Assembly: GCA_042562855.1 (NCBI GenBank)
Contig: JBHPNE010000002.1
Span: forward strand, 7,643 to 71,642
Length of the DNA stretch: 64,000 nt
Source: Elusimicrobiota bacterium
Lineage (GTDB): Bacteria > Elusimicrobiota > Endomicrobiia > Endomicrobiales > JAPLKN01
Reading direction: 5' to 3'
Both the position numbers and the translations under genes were made by a program. Positions 26,035 through 35,644 of the stretch are shown here, piece after piece (position 1 is the stretch's first letter; every line of letters begins with the position of its first letter). The notes beneath the pieces were generated by a model that ran no database searches, was not told where the DNA came from, and was given only the letters and a program-made list of their open reading frames with translations.

Positions 26035-27960
26035 ATGCTTTCCAGAAAACTTTTATTTTTATCAGTTTTATTTTTTGCAGGAAATTTTTCTTACTTATCT
26101 GCCGAGTCATTTCCGCTTTTCGACAAAGGGACAGAAAAAATTGTTAAATACGGCGAGTATGGAGAATTCACCAATGTGGGGAAACCAAATTATAAATATG
26201 TAATCAAAAATAAGGCTGCATTAAGACAAGCTGTAGGCGAAGGTATTTACCCCAATGTAAAAAGTGTGTTGCGCGACCCGGCTTATAAAAAAGCCAACAA
26301 AGAAGGAAAGTTAAGCGGAAATATCTGGGACTACATTAACACCGATAATCATGGTTTAAATTTTTATAAATGGGCTACTTCAGCGCAGGAACCGGGCACA
26401 AAACTTTATTACACGGCACTTGCCCTGGAAAGGGGCGGAAATATCGCTCATGCGATAAAGGCTTATTATGCAACCGTTGTCCATTGGCCGAAGTCAACTG
26501 GTTCAACATACTGGGGTACGGTTTGGTATATTGCTCCTGTGTCCATAGACAGGATAAGATACCTGACAAAAAAATATCCAAATTTAGGCATGAAACTTGT
26601 TGGCTGTTCTATACGGGTAAAAAATGGTTTTGATAACGACAAAAATAACGACGAGTTTATAATTCACCCTGGTAAAATGATAGAGGCCACGCCGGAAGAC
26701 TTCGTACAGAAAAGAGAGCCCATCGAAAAAATGAAGGTCCTGGAAACCGTTGGTGAAGGAAAAGTAAAATTAAAAAAATATGAAAACAGGCATTGGCAGT
26801 TGTTTGTGAGCGGCGTGCCTTACATTATCCGCGGCATGGCGTATTCTCCTAACAAAGTCGGTTTGAGCCCGGACAACGGTACATTAAATGTTTCAAGAGA
26901 CTGGCAATTTGCCGATTATAACAACAACGGAATTATTGACGCTCCGTTTGAATCATATCTTGATAGAAATGGTAATAATAAAAGGGATAATGACGAAAAA
27001 ATAGTCGGTGATTTTACGCTTATGAAGAACATGGGTGTAAATACACTAAGGCTTTATCATCATCCGGATTTCAATAAAGAACTATTACGCAAGGGTTATG
27101 AAGATTATGGCTTCATGTATTTGATGGGGGATTTTATCGGTATGTATACCGCAGGATCCAATGCGGACTGGTATTATGGTACCGATTATACAAATCCGGA
27201 AGATATAGATAATATGCTTGAAAGCGTGAGCAAAATGGTCAAGGATTACAGGAATGAGCCTTATATTTTAATGTGGGTTTTGGGAAATGAAAATAATTAT
27301 GGTGGTCCTGGTGAGCCGGGCGTAAGTGCCGGTTCAGGATGTCGGGCAAAGATCCAGCCGGAAGCCTACTACAAATTTGTAAATAAAGCTGTAAAACTTA
27401 TAAAGGCATTAGATTCTCAGAAAAGACCGGTTGCTGTATGTAACGGAGATACCCTCTACTTAGATATTTGTGCAAAAAATGCCCCAAAATTAGATGTCTT
27501 TGGGGCAAATTGCTACAGAGGAGAACAGGGTTTTGGGTCTTTATGGTGGGACGTGAAAGATATTTACGATAAACCCGTTTTGATTACGGAATATGGATGT
27601 TCTGCACATCATTCAAGGTGGCCGAAAAAGCGTTCAGACAATGCTCAAGCAAGATATCATATCGGAAACTGGCTGGATTTAGAGTCTAACTTCGCCGGTT
27701 TTGGAGAGGGTAATGCTTTAGGCGGTATCGTTTTTGAATGGACAGATGAATGGTGGAAAGCCGGCCCACCTCCGCAATTTAGCCCCATTGAACAGGATAA
27801 AGTAGGTAAGTTTGGAGCACCTTTTCTGGATGGTTGGAGTTATGAAGAAGTATTGGGAATAACTACTCAAGGCGATGGAACGGATAGCCCGTTTTTACGT
27901 ACTTTAAGGCCGGCATTTTTTGCTTACGAAAGTCTATGGAGAAAATACAAAAGTAAATAA
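26035..27960 (+). CDS. Secreted glycoside hydrolase, clan GH-A (beta/alpha)8 barrel (GH2/GH5-like)
   Basis: 641 aa with a signal peptide. GVNTLRLYHHP, MWVLGNENNYG (acid/base NE), ITEYGCSAH (nucleophile E), FEWTDEWWK. Confidence 0.7.
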   Translation: MLSRKLLFLSVLFFAGNFSYLSAESFPLFDKGTEKIVKYGEYGEFTNVGKPNYKYVIKNKAALRQAVGEGIYPNVKSVLRDPAYKKANKEGKLSGNIWDYINTDNHGLNFYKWATSAQEPGTKLYYTALALERGGNIAHAIKAYYATVVHWPKSTGSTYWGTVWYIAPVSIDRIRYLTKKYPNLGMKLVGCSIRVKNGFDNDKNNDEFIIHPGKMIEATPEDFVQKREPIEKMKVLETVGEGKVKLKKYENRHWQLFVSGVPYIIRGMAYSPNKVGLSPDNGTLNVSRDWQFADYNNNGIIDAPFESYLDRNGNNKRDNDEKIVGDFTLMKNMGVNTLRLYHHPDFNKELLRKGYEDYGFMYLMGDFIGMYTAGSNADWYYGTDYTNPEDIDNMLESVSKMVKDYRNEPYILMWVLGNENNYGGPGEPGVSAGSGCRAKIQPEAYYKFVNKAVKLIKALDSQKRPVAVCNGDTLYLDICAKNAPKLDVFGANCYRGEQGFGSLWWDVKDIYDKPVLITEYGCSAHHSRWPKKRSDNAQARYHIGNWLDLESNFAGFGEGNALGGIVFEWTDEWWKAGPPPQFSPIEQDKVGKFGAPFLDGWSYEEVLGITTQGDGTDSPFLRTLRPAFFAYESLWRKYKSK

Positions 27961-28073
27961 TATTAAAAATGTGCCCATTTTTCTTGTTATTTTTTGAATT
28001 ATTCAGGCTCATGTTGTCAGTTTTTAAAAAGTGTTTTCGTATTATAAAGTCAATATGAAAATGCGAAAAATAC

Positions 28074-28102
28074 TTGACTTATTTGAAAACATTAGATAAA
28101 AT
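28074..28102 (+). promoter_or_regulatory. Sigma70-type promoter candidate, possibly giving a leaderless mRNA
   Basis: TTGACT (28074-28079), 17-nt spacer, TAAAAT (28097-28102). ATG 28111 lies only 8 nt after the -10 element, with no SD. Confidence 0.45.
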
Positions 28103-28110
28103 AATAAGAA

Positions 28111-30432
28111 ATGCGGATAAAAATTCAGCAGTTACTCTTTTTTTCTTTTTGTTTTCTATGTTTTTACACTTCTTTAGGCCATGCTTATGATAGGCTAGGT
28201 TTAGGGTCTGTCAGAATAAAACCTGAGTTGCGTTTTGATTATTATTCTCATAAGCTTGATGACAAATGGTCTACAACACGTTCTGGTTACAAAGATATAA
28301 ATTACAACTACACGCACGATCCTTCCACAACAACCACAAACGATTGGGAAACAGTCTCTGGACAAACTTTACTATTAGACATGGAGTTTAATCCCTCCAG
28401 GAATTTATCTGCTGATTTAGGATTTAAATTTATCAACGACTACGCGGATAAATTTTGGATGCCTATAAACCTCGAGCATAGAATGAGTGCCGACGGTACC
28501 AGTTTCTATTGGGAACGCGGAAAAGTAAACTATAAAGTAAACAACTGGGCTAACGTTCAGTACTTAAGAGGAAAACCTTTTAACGGCTGGGGTTATGAAG
28601 GGGACATGTTTGGCTTATTTCCTCCTCAGAATGATACTTCACAATATTTAAGAGTATCGGGAAGTCCTGTTCCCGAAATGTGGCAAATAAATATTAATAA
28701 GAGAAAATTTGGAAAATTACAGGTAATATATGGACCGGAAGCGATTTGGGACTATAAAAACGGCGTATACATAAATTACGCTTTTCGAAAATTCAAAGCA
28801 GATTTTAATCTTATTTGGATAGATCATATAATTCCTTACGGGGATCCCGACGAGAGGATGAAAACGGCAGAAATTGCCTCAAGATTTAAATTTTATGGCA
28901 ATCCTTTGGAAATAGGTTTAATGTATCGTCCTTTTAGATTGGACAGAGAATATACTTATGTCGAAAATGTAGCTTTGGGCACGGGTGTGGGCGGCTCCAA
29001 ATATTTAGAAAAAACCGAAACTACCAATGCAAATGATGCCGTTGGCTATAGCGCAAAAATAAGATTTAGGAAAAAGTTGTTGGCTGATGAAGTATCACTG
29101 CGTTATGCGTATCAGGGATTGGTTGCCGGCAATAAACAAGAGACAGAGGTAGATATTTCGCAAAAGATTTCAAAGAAAAATTATATGGGATTAAGTTATA
29201 TCAGGCGTCAACCGCTTTTAGGCCCCGTTCCTTATGTTTGTGACGGTACTATTGCAAATCCCGGCCCGGCATTGTTATTACCACGCGGTCCTGAAAGCCC
29301 CTTTTGGGTAGGATGGGGAGATCCCAATACCGGAGATAACAGAGATGCTCATATTATTTCTTTGGTCCATACTTATGACCCTACTCCCGAATCTTGGTTT
29401 TATCGATATGAACCGAATTTGGTAGAAACGTGGAATTTAAATCCTTTAGAAAAATCCAAGTATTCTTGCGGAGCTGCGCTGACGCTAACCAGCTATCCTG
29501 GAGGAACGGATAGACTTCTTTATAAAGACAGTCTGGGAAGAATGCTTTGGGATGAACCTTACACAACAGGTGCTTGGGCTACGGATAATTTTATTACAGA
29601 GTTCAAAATGATAAACAGGGTGGTTTTAAGGAATTGGCAGATGAATATTGATTTTGCCTTCGGAGATTCCCTTGCAACAAATAGCGTTGCTTATACCACT
29701 TCAACTCTTGAAGGCAAGGCCATCACGAATTATTTTACGGTGGGTGTATCATTAAAAACCGGTCCGTATAACGGCCGCATAAGATACAGCAAAGACTACT
29801 GGGGCCCGGAATTATGGCATCGCCAATACGGAGAAACTTTCGACACTCTTTATCAATTTGATATAAGTCGTGATTTCAATGATATGATAAATTTTGGGAT
29901 AGGTTACACATCTGCTAAAGAGACGGATGATAAATATATTACCACGGAACTAGGCGCCTATGATGAAATACGCTGCTCTTTAACAGTAAAATTCGGAACA
30001 ATTACCGCAGACTTTAAAGAAAAAACCAAGAAAAAAACTTTTGCAAAACTATACGGCATAAGGCCCGGCATGGACGATAAACCTCCGTATGTAAAGCTGG
30101 CTGTATCTGGCATGTCTTTTTCTCCCAACGGCGACGGTATAGACGATAAAATACTCTTGAAACTTTCTGCTGTCGATAATAACAGCGGAATATATGAATG
30201 GAAGGTTCTGGTAAAGGATACGAACGGAAATGTAGTTACGACGATTTCTGGCGAAGGACAGCCGCCGGAATCTGTTTGGTGGAACGGAGCTTATGCCAGA
30301 GGAGATAGAATAATTGCTCAAGGCGATTATACATTGCAGCTAGTGGCCACAGATGGCGCAGGAAATAAAGGAACATCAGACGTATTTGATGTTTACATAA
30401 TAACTGATCAAAGGTGGAATATAGGACGATAG
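28111..30432 (+). CDS. Putative outer-membrane beta-barrel protein with C-terminal FlgD-Ig-like domain
   Basis: 773 aa with a signal peptide. Aromatic-rich alternating beta-strand-like sequence throughout. C-terminus has SFSPNGDGIDD...YEWKVLVKDTNGNVV...WWNG...GDYTLQLVATDGAGN. Confidence 0.5.
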   Translation: MRIKIQQLLFFSFCFLCFYTSLGHAYDRLGLGSVRIKPELRFDYYSHKLDDKWSTTRSGYKDINYNYTHDPSTTTTNDWETVSGQTLLLDMEFNPSRNLSADLGFKFINDYADKFWMPINLEHRMSADGTSFYWERGKVNYKVNNWANVQYLRGKPFNGWGYEGDMFGLFPPQNDTSQYLRVSGSPVPEMWQININKRKFGKLQVIYGPEAIWDYKNGVYINYAFRKFKADFNLIWIDHIIPYGDPDERMKTAEIASRFKFYGNPLEIGLMYRPFRLDREYTYVENVALGTGVGGSKYLEKTETTNANDAVGYSAKIRFRKKLLADEVSLRYAYQGLVAGNKQETEVDISQKISKKNYMGLSYIRRQPLLGPVPYVCDGTIANPGPALLLPRGPESPFWVGWGDPNTGDNRDAHIISLVHTYDPTPESWFYRYEPNLVETWNLNPLEKSKYSCGAALTLTSYPGGTDRLLYKDSLGRMLWDEPYTTGAWATDNFITEFKMINRVVLRNWQMNIDFAFGDSLATNSVAYTTSTLEGKAITNYFTVGVSLKTGPYNGRIRYSKDYWGPELWHRQYGETFDTLYQFDISRDFNDMINFGIGYTSAKETDDKYITTELGAYDEIRCSLTVKFGTITADFKEKTKKKTFAKLYGIRPGMDDKPPYVKLAVSGMSFSPNGDGIDDKILLKLSAVDNNSGIYEWKVLVKDTNGNVVTTISGEGQPPESVWWNGAYARGDRIIAQGDYTLQLVATDGAGNKGTSDVFDVYIITDQRWNIGR

Positions 30433-30463
30433 TAAATAATAGAAAATCACAGAAGAGGAGATT

Positions 30464-31705
30464 ATGATGAAAAAGATTTTTTGTTTGTTAATTGCTGCAT
30501 TTTTTATGCTTGGTAGTGCTGGTTTTGTTTATGCGGAATCAAGTACGAGCAGTGCTGAAGATTCTTCAAGTGTGAATTCAAAGAAGAAAAAATCTTCCAG
30601 GCCAAAAAGATCTTCAAGGAAAAAGAGAACTTATTCGAAAAAGAAATCTACAAAGTCTTCAAGATCTAGAAGATCAAGGACAAAATCCAAGGAAGATAAA
30701 GAAGAACCAAAGAAGAAAGGGAAAAAAACAGTTGAAAAGAAAGAATCCCCTAAACCGCAAAAATCAGCTGTTTCCAAAAAAAAGAAAGAAGAAGAAGCAA
30801 AAGCAAAAAAGGCAGCACAAAAGGCTGCAAAGGAAGCTGAAAAGAAAGCTGCAAAACAGAAAGCGGCGAGAGAAGCGTCTTTGAAAGCAGAAGCAGAAGC
30901 AAAAGCAAAAGCCGATGCAATTGCAAAAGCGAAAGCAAGGGCAGCTGCAAGGAGACGCTCAAAAGAAGAAGCCCGAGCAGAAGCGAAAACTCATGCAGAG
31001 TCGCAGTACAAAAATAAAATTCAGTCCGAAGCAAGAGATGCAGCAAAAGAAGAAATGGAGAGAAAGGCAAGAATCGCAGCTAGAGCAAGAGCAAAAGCCG
31101 AGCAAGAGAGGAAAACAGCTGAAGCTGCAACAGCTGCTGCGTTAGAGCGTGCTAAAGAATCGAAAAGAGGACAACGGAAAGGTAAGGGTAAGTTTACTCC
31201 GTTTCTGGTGTATAGCGACAGAGGGGCGAGAGGGAGCCACTTTTTCCCGACCGGTTGGATGGGAGATTATGGCGACTTAAGGGTAAATCCTGGCTATACA
31301 GCGAAAGTGCATAGCGGACAGACAAGCTTTCAGATACAGTACAATGCTAGAATGGCCCAAAATGCAGGATGGGTTGGAATGTATTGGCAATATCCGGCAA
31401 ACAATTGGGGTAATCGTTCAGGATATAATTTAACTGGTGCACGAAAACTTACCTTCTGGGCTTGCGGAGAAAGAGGCGGAGAAATTTTATCTGAAATTAA
31501 GATGGGTGGTATTAGCGGAGAATTCGGCGATTCAGATTTCTCGTCTATCGGCCCGATTGAACTGTCTGATAAATGGCAAAAGTACACCATAAATCTAGCT
31601 AACAGGGACCTGACAAACGTTATTGGCGGTTTCTGTTTTGCGGCAGCAAAGGATGATAATCCAAACGGTTTTACGATATATTTTGATGATATAATTTATG
31701 AATAA
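30464..31705 (+). CDS. Secreted protein: S/R/K-rich basic tract + A/K/E-rich helix + CBM-like beta-sandwich
   Basis: 413 aa with a signal peptide. KKKKSSRPKRSSRKKRTYSKKKSTKSSRSRRSRTKSK; a long AKAKKAAQKAAKEAEKKAAKQKAAR... TolA-like segment; C-terminal GWVGMYWQYP...KWQKYTINL...FTIYFDDIIYE. Confidence 0.6.
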   Translation: MMKKIFCLLIAAFFMLGSAGFVYAESSTSSAEDSSSVNSKKKKSSRPKRSSRKKRTYSKKKSTKSSRSRRSRTKSKEDKEEPKKKGKKTVEKKESPKPQKSAVSKKKKEEEAKAKKAAQKAAKEAEKKAAKQKAAREASLKAEAEAKAKADAIAKAKARAAARRRSKEEARAEAKTHAESQYKNKIQSEARDAAKEEMERKARIAARARAKAEQERKTAEAATAAALERAKESKRGQRKGKGKFTPFLVYSDRGARGSHFFPTGWMGDYGDLRVNPGYTAKVHSGQTSFQIQYNARMAQNAGWVGMYWQYPANNWGNRSGYNLTGARKLTFWACGERGGEILSEIKMGGISGEFGDSDFSSIGPIELSDKWQKYTINLANRDLTNVIGGFCFAAAKDDNPNGFTIYFDDIIYE

Positions 31706-31727
31706 AGGGTAATACACAGAATAAACG

Positions 31728-32390
31728 ATGCATAAATTAAGGAACTATTTCATTATTTTTAGTCTATTGTTTCTTCCGGTGTTTTTTGGATGCAGTGATA
31801 ATCCTCAAAGCAACCTGGTAAGTCCTCAAGTTTTCCCGGGGAACACAGCTTGGGGAGACTGGGTGTTGTACGACGATGAATTAAAAAATAATGGTGACTT
31901 CATATTTTTGCGGTCTCAGGAAGGCCAGACTATCAATGTCAGTGTTTTCGATAAACCTGGAGTCGGATTCAAATGTATGATGTATTCCTGGGACGGAAGT
32001 GAAGTGACTGATTACACAACAAATACCAGAGAGTTTGACTGGGTGGGGTTCAGGCTGGCTGTGCAGGATTCAAACGATCCGAATTCACCTGCAAATAAGG
32101 ATATTACGCCTGGGGCATACACAAAGATTTCTTTCATGATAAGAGGCGAGCTGTACGATGATGTCGTGGCAAAGCTGAAATTTGAAGCAACTCCATCGAT
32201 TACAAATACATGGACCAGTAACGTCGGTGATCATGTAATAACCGATGATTGGGTAAGATATGAGTTTCCTATAAGCGGAGCGAGTGCCAGCAATATTCAG
32301 GATTATTTAATAGTTGTTTACGAGTATTCCGGCGCAGAGCAAGGCCATGGCGGTACAATTTTTCTTGACGACATAAAATTAACGAAATAA
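31728..32390 (+). CDS. Lipoprotein with CBM-like beta-sandwich domain
   Basis: 220 aa. FFGC|S lipobox-like site. DWVGFRLAV...DDWVRYEFPI...TIFLDDIKLTK, paralogous to the C-termini of 30464-31705 and 32921-33850. Confidence 0.55.
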   Translation: MHKLRNYFIIFSLLFLPVFFGCSDNPQSNLVSPQVFPGNTAWGDWVLYDDELKNNGDFIFLRSQEGQTINVSVFDKPGVGFKCMMYSWDGSEVTDYTTNTREFDWVGFRLAVQDSNDPNSPANKDITPGAYTKISFMIRGELYDDVVAKLKFEATPSITNTWTSNVGDHVITDDWVRYEFPISGASASNIQDYLIVVYEYSGAEQGHGGTIFLDDIKLTK

Positions 32391-32407
32391 TTTGGAGTAA
32401 TTCTTAA

Positions 32408-32899
32408 ATGAAAAAAAAGTTGATTGTATTTATGATATGTATTTTTATTCTGCCCGTTTCTCTAATGGCTGAAAAAGCCACATATCTGGATTTCATTGAA
32501 TACAATAATAAAAATACGGTGGTAAGAGCAGTTCTTTTGCCTGGATGGGGACAGTTTTTTAATAATCAGGATACCAAGGGTTATATAATTGCCGGTGGGT
32601 CATTGTTTTTTTTAGTTTCTTCCATGTATTATGGATTCGAGGCGGACAAAGCCTATGAAAAATATGAAAAAGCGGGGTTAATTAATGATACGAGTAATGA
32701 CTTGTATTCTGATTATGAGTCAAAAAACAATTTGACGCAGATTTCCACATACACAATTGCCCTTCTTTGGATATACGGTATAGTAGATTCATACATAGTG
32801 GCAAAGAAGACAACCTTGGACGGAAAGAAAAACGACGGCATTAGACTGGCCTGCAACAACGGGAAGGATTTAAAATTAATTTTTACTAAGCATTTCTGA
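32408..32899 (+). CDS. DUF5683-like small membrane protein
   Basis: 163 aa. Signal/TM, RAVLLPGWGQFFNNQDTKGYIIAGG motif, further hydrophobic helices. Confidence 0.5.
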   Translation: MKKKLIVFMICIFILPVSLMAEKATYLDFIEYNNKNTVVRAVLLPGWGQFFNNQDTKGYIIAGGSLFFLVSSMYYGFEADKAYEKYEKAGLINDTSNDLYSDYESKNNLTQISTYTIALLWIYGIVDSYIVAKKTTLDGKKNDGIRLACNNGKDLKLIFTKHF

Positions 32900-32920
32900 A
32901 GTAGCGCAGTTTGAGGTTAA

Positions 32921-33850
32921 ATGAAAAAAGCTTTGTTTTTATTATTATCTATAGGAATCGTATTTAACTTTCTTTCTTGTACTTCAAAGAAGAACAGGTT
33001 ATCTGTAGACACATTAAATATCACTATAGATCCGGGCTCCGTGATAGCTAATAAAGGTGCACAAGTTACTTTGAAGGCATTGGCAACAAGCGCACAGAGT
33101 ACTGATCCCGACATATCTCCGACCTGGACAATAGACAATATTAATTTAGGAACAATAAGCCCAGCCACGGGAAAGACAGTTACATTTACAGCAGGTACGA
33201 CCCTTGGTACATCGGTTATTTATGCTCAATACGGGAGCATAAGAGCCTCAGTGGGTGTAACTGTCGGAGACCTCACACCGAATTCTGTGCCTAATGATAT
33301 GTACGGTGTTTTCATTGAACAAATGATGTTATCCTCGGCGCATAAGCTTTTATTTGATGTCTATAATTCTTCAACTGATGTTGCCAACTCAAATCCTGAC
33401 GGTGGGTATGCTGGGCAATTTAATTGGGCAGTTATGAGCGATGCATATGGAGCCGGAGAGTATAGCGAAGGGAGTAAGGGGCTTAAGGTTGTTGTAGCTG
33501 CTAGTGGGGGAGGTTGTGGGTGGGGTGGTATTTATATGCAGTTTGGATATCAAAGCCCGAGTTCAACAAATAAGGTCCCAACTGATATGTCCAGATTTTC
33601 AGGAGGATACCTAAAATTTGACCTGCGCACTACTAAAGAAGTCGGTGTTAAGATTGATGATTTACCGGCGGCTGATGTATATGCGACTACTTATGGAGCT
33701 GTGTTGGACGATAAATGGCATTCGGTCTCAATTCCCTTAACGGTGTTTACAGATATTGATTTAAATGCGATAGAAGCATTATTCATTATACTTAGCGATG
33801 GGGACACTAATTTTACATTTTACGTAGATAATATTCGTTGGGAAAAATAA
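32921..33850 (+). CDS. Lipoprotein: Big_2-like Ig domain + CBM-like beta-sandwich domain
   Basis: 309 aa. FLSC|TS lipobox. ITIDPGSVIANKGAQVTLKALATS...TFTAG...VIYAQYGSIRASVGVTV (Ig-like). GWGGIYMQFGY...DKWHSVSIPL...FTFYVDNIRWEK. Confidence 0.55.
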   Translation: MKKALFLLLSIGIVFNFLSCTSKKNRLSVDTLNITIDPGSVIANKGAQVTLKALATSAQSTDPDISPTWTIDNINLGTISPATGKTVTFTAGTTLGTSVIYAQYGSIRASVGVTVGDLTPNSVPNDMYGVFIEQMMLSSAHKLLFDVYNSSTDVANSNPDGGYAGQFNWAVMSDAYGAGEYSEGSKGLKVVVAASGGGCGWGGIYMQFGYQSPSSTNKVPTDMSRFSGGYLKFDLRTTKEVGVKIDDLPAADVYATTYGAVLDDKWHSVSIPLTVFTDIDLNAIEALFIILSDGDTNFTFYVDNIRWEK

Positions 33851-33944
33851 CTCTTGACGATATAACATATACAGGTTATATAGAAGTTGAAATTAACAGT
33901 GCTTGTTTAGTACTGTTTTATTTTTTATTCAAATCTTTAAAAAA

Positions 33945-35456
33945 ATGATAAACAAAACCCCTGTCCAAAATAATTTTCTCAGATATTTTGTTATTATTTG
34001 TTTGTTAATTAATTTTACCTCAAGAAATGCAGAAATTCTTCTTGGCTCTAATTACATTGACAAAGAGTATAGAAATTCATTTCTTTCTTCAAATCTTCAA
34101 AAAAACTATTATAGTATACAGGTTCAGACGCTCCGTTTTTTCGACCGTCAGCGTTCGGATGTAAACGGTCTTGTGGAAAGTTTTCGCGGAAGCGCAAGAT
34201 ATATGTATGATATTTTTACAAAGTCGTTTGCATATGGGCAGTATGGGGCTTTAGACGCACAATCTTTTACATACGATGGCTCAATTGCGATTTTGTCTTA
34301 TCTTGTCTCTGGCCAAATCCGTAAAGCCAGACAAATGCTTGATGTGTACAGTCACGAGTTTTATCATCTTAAAAATGGAAACATGGGATTATTAAATTGC
34401 TATGCAACAGATAGACCATCAAATGGCGGTTTAGCTATGGGGATTGACTCAAGAATACACCTTGGTCCTAATATGTGGGTTACAATAGCGGGTTTGCAGT
34501 ATACCGCAATAACCGGAGACCTTACTTATCTGGATTTTTTAATTGACGAAATGAAATGGGCACAGTCCTTAGAACACTATGTTTTTCCCGATGGCAGGCG
34601 AGGTGGCGTAAGCATGGGATTCGGCTGGGGGGCGGATTGGAGTAAAGTATTTTCTACCGAGAATAATGTGGATTATTATGCCGCACTCATAATGATGAAA
34701 GAAATATATGAAAAAGGAGGCGATAAAGTAAGGCATATATTTAAAGCGAATGACTATGGACCAAAAGATATGATATCGGAAATAGTGGGCCTTAGGCGTT
34801 GGCTTAAACAAGTAATTTATGATAAGGAAAACGAATATTTAACCGTGGGATTTAATGAGCACGGTGTCGACAGGGTAGCAGCACTAGACACTGTATCTTG
34901 GACCATTGCTGCGTTGGGTCCAAAAACTCTCAAAAAAATGGGTATTGATCCGTTCAAACTAATGGATTTTGCCGAAAGAAATTTTTTAGTAACCGATGAA
35001 ATTAGCGGCGTGAAAGTAAGCGGATTTGATTTCACAAATACCGAAAGCAGAGGCAGAGATTTAAAAATGATGTGGATGGAGGGGACAGGTTTTCATATTG
35101 TTGCTTATCAGGTTATGTCGGATTATGCCGACGAACTCGGATTATATGATTTGGCGAAAAAATACAGGAAAAAAGCCAAGATATTTTCCGATGAGTTGCA
35201 ATATGCCTCGGTTCTTGTCAATTTTAAAGACGGTGCCCTCCCCTATACTTCAAAAAAACCAAAAGAGAAAGAAATAATATTGACATTTAAAGATGAATGG
35301 GAAATACCCCGCGGCAACAAGGGCCAATGGGTGGCTTCATCATCATCCACGGGGTGGAGATTTCTTTCCCTAGCCGCATTTAACCCCCTTTCTTTTAACC
35401 ACAAAACTGTATATTATAAACTGTTCGCTTCTTCCGATACTGCAAGACTTCGATAA
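33945..35456 (+). CDS. Hypothetical membrane-anchored protein, possibly (alpha/alpha)6-toroid glycosidase-like
   Basis: The ORF track starts at TTG 33903, but ATG 33945 (MINKTPVQ...FVIICLLINF anchor) is more plausible. LGPNMWVTIAGLQYTAITGDLTYLD and WMEGTGFHIVAYQ are reminiscent of six-hairpin enzymes. The function call is weak. Confidence 0.35.
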   Translation: MINKTPVQNNFLRYFVIICLLINFTSRNAEILLGSNYIDKEYRNSFLSSNLQKNYYSIQVQTLRFFDRQRSDVNGLVESFRGSARYMYDIFTKSFAYGQYGALDAQSFTYDGSIAILSYLVSGQIRKARQMLDVYSHEFYHLKNGNMGLLNCYATDRPSNGGLAMGIDSRIHLGPNMWVTIAGLQYTAITGDLTYLDFLIDEMKWAQSLEHYVFPDGRRGGVSMGFGWGADWSKVFSTENNVDYYAALIMMKEIYEKGGDKVRHIFKANDYGPKDMISEIVGLRRWLKQVIYDKENEYLTVGFNEHGVDRVAALDTVSWTIAALGPKTLKKMGIDPFKLMDFAERNFLVTDEISGVKVSGFDFTNTESRGRDLKMMWMEGTGFHIVAYQVMSDYADELGLYDLAKKYRKKAKIFSDELQYASVLVNFKDGALPYTSKKPKEKEIILTFKDEWEIPRGNKGQWVASSSSTGWRFLSLAAFNPLSFNHKTVYYKLFASSDTARLR

Positions 35457-35644
35457 TATCCCAATAGACTCACCATTGTACGATGTTTACAACTCAAAAT
35501 TTCTTTGGTATAATACCAGTAACTACAAAAAGCTTTGTAATTACAGAGGAATTATGCAAAAGCTTTCAGTTTCCTTCTTTATTAGTCCAACCAGATCAAG
35601 TTTTAGTTCTTATCTTAAAATCAGTAGCAAATATTGGAGATACT

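Noticed and set aside
30750-31070. 106-aa Leu-rich minus-strand ORF, and the 76-aa plus-strand ORF 30915-31145.
   Set aside because: These are frame artefacts of the purine-rich A/K/E-coding repeat in gene 30464-31705.
35483-35644. N-terminal 54 codons of the track ORF 35483-36361, and likewise 42818-42862 for trxB and 33903-33944 for the 517-aa ORF.
   Set aside because: The internal ATGs have SDs and yield a signal peptide (35645), the canonical GGGPAG N-terminus (42863), or an ATG instead of a TTG start (33945). The upstream extensions have no supporting features.
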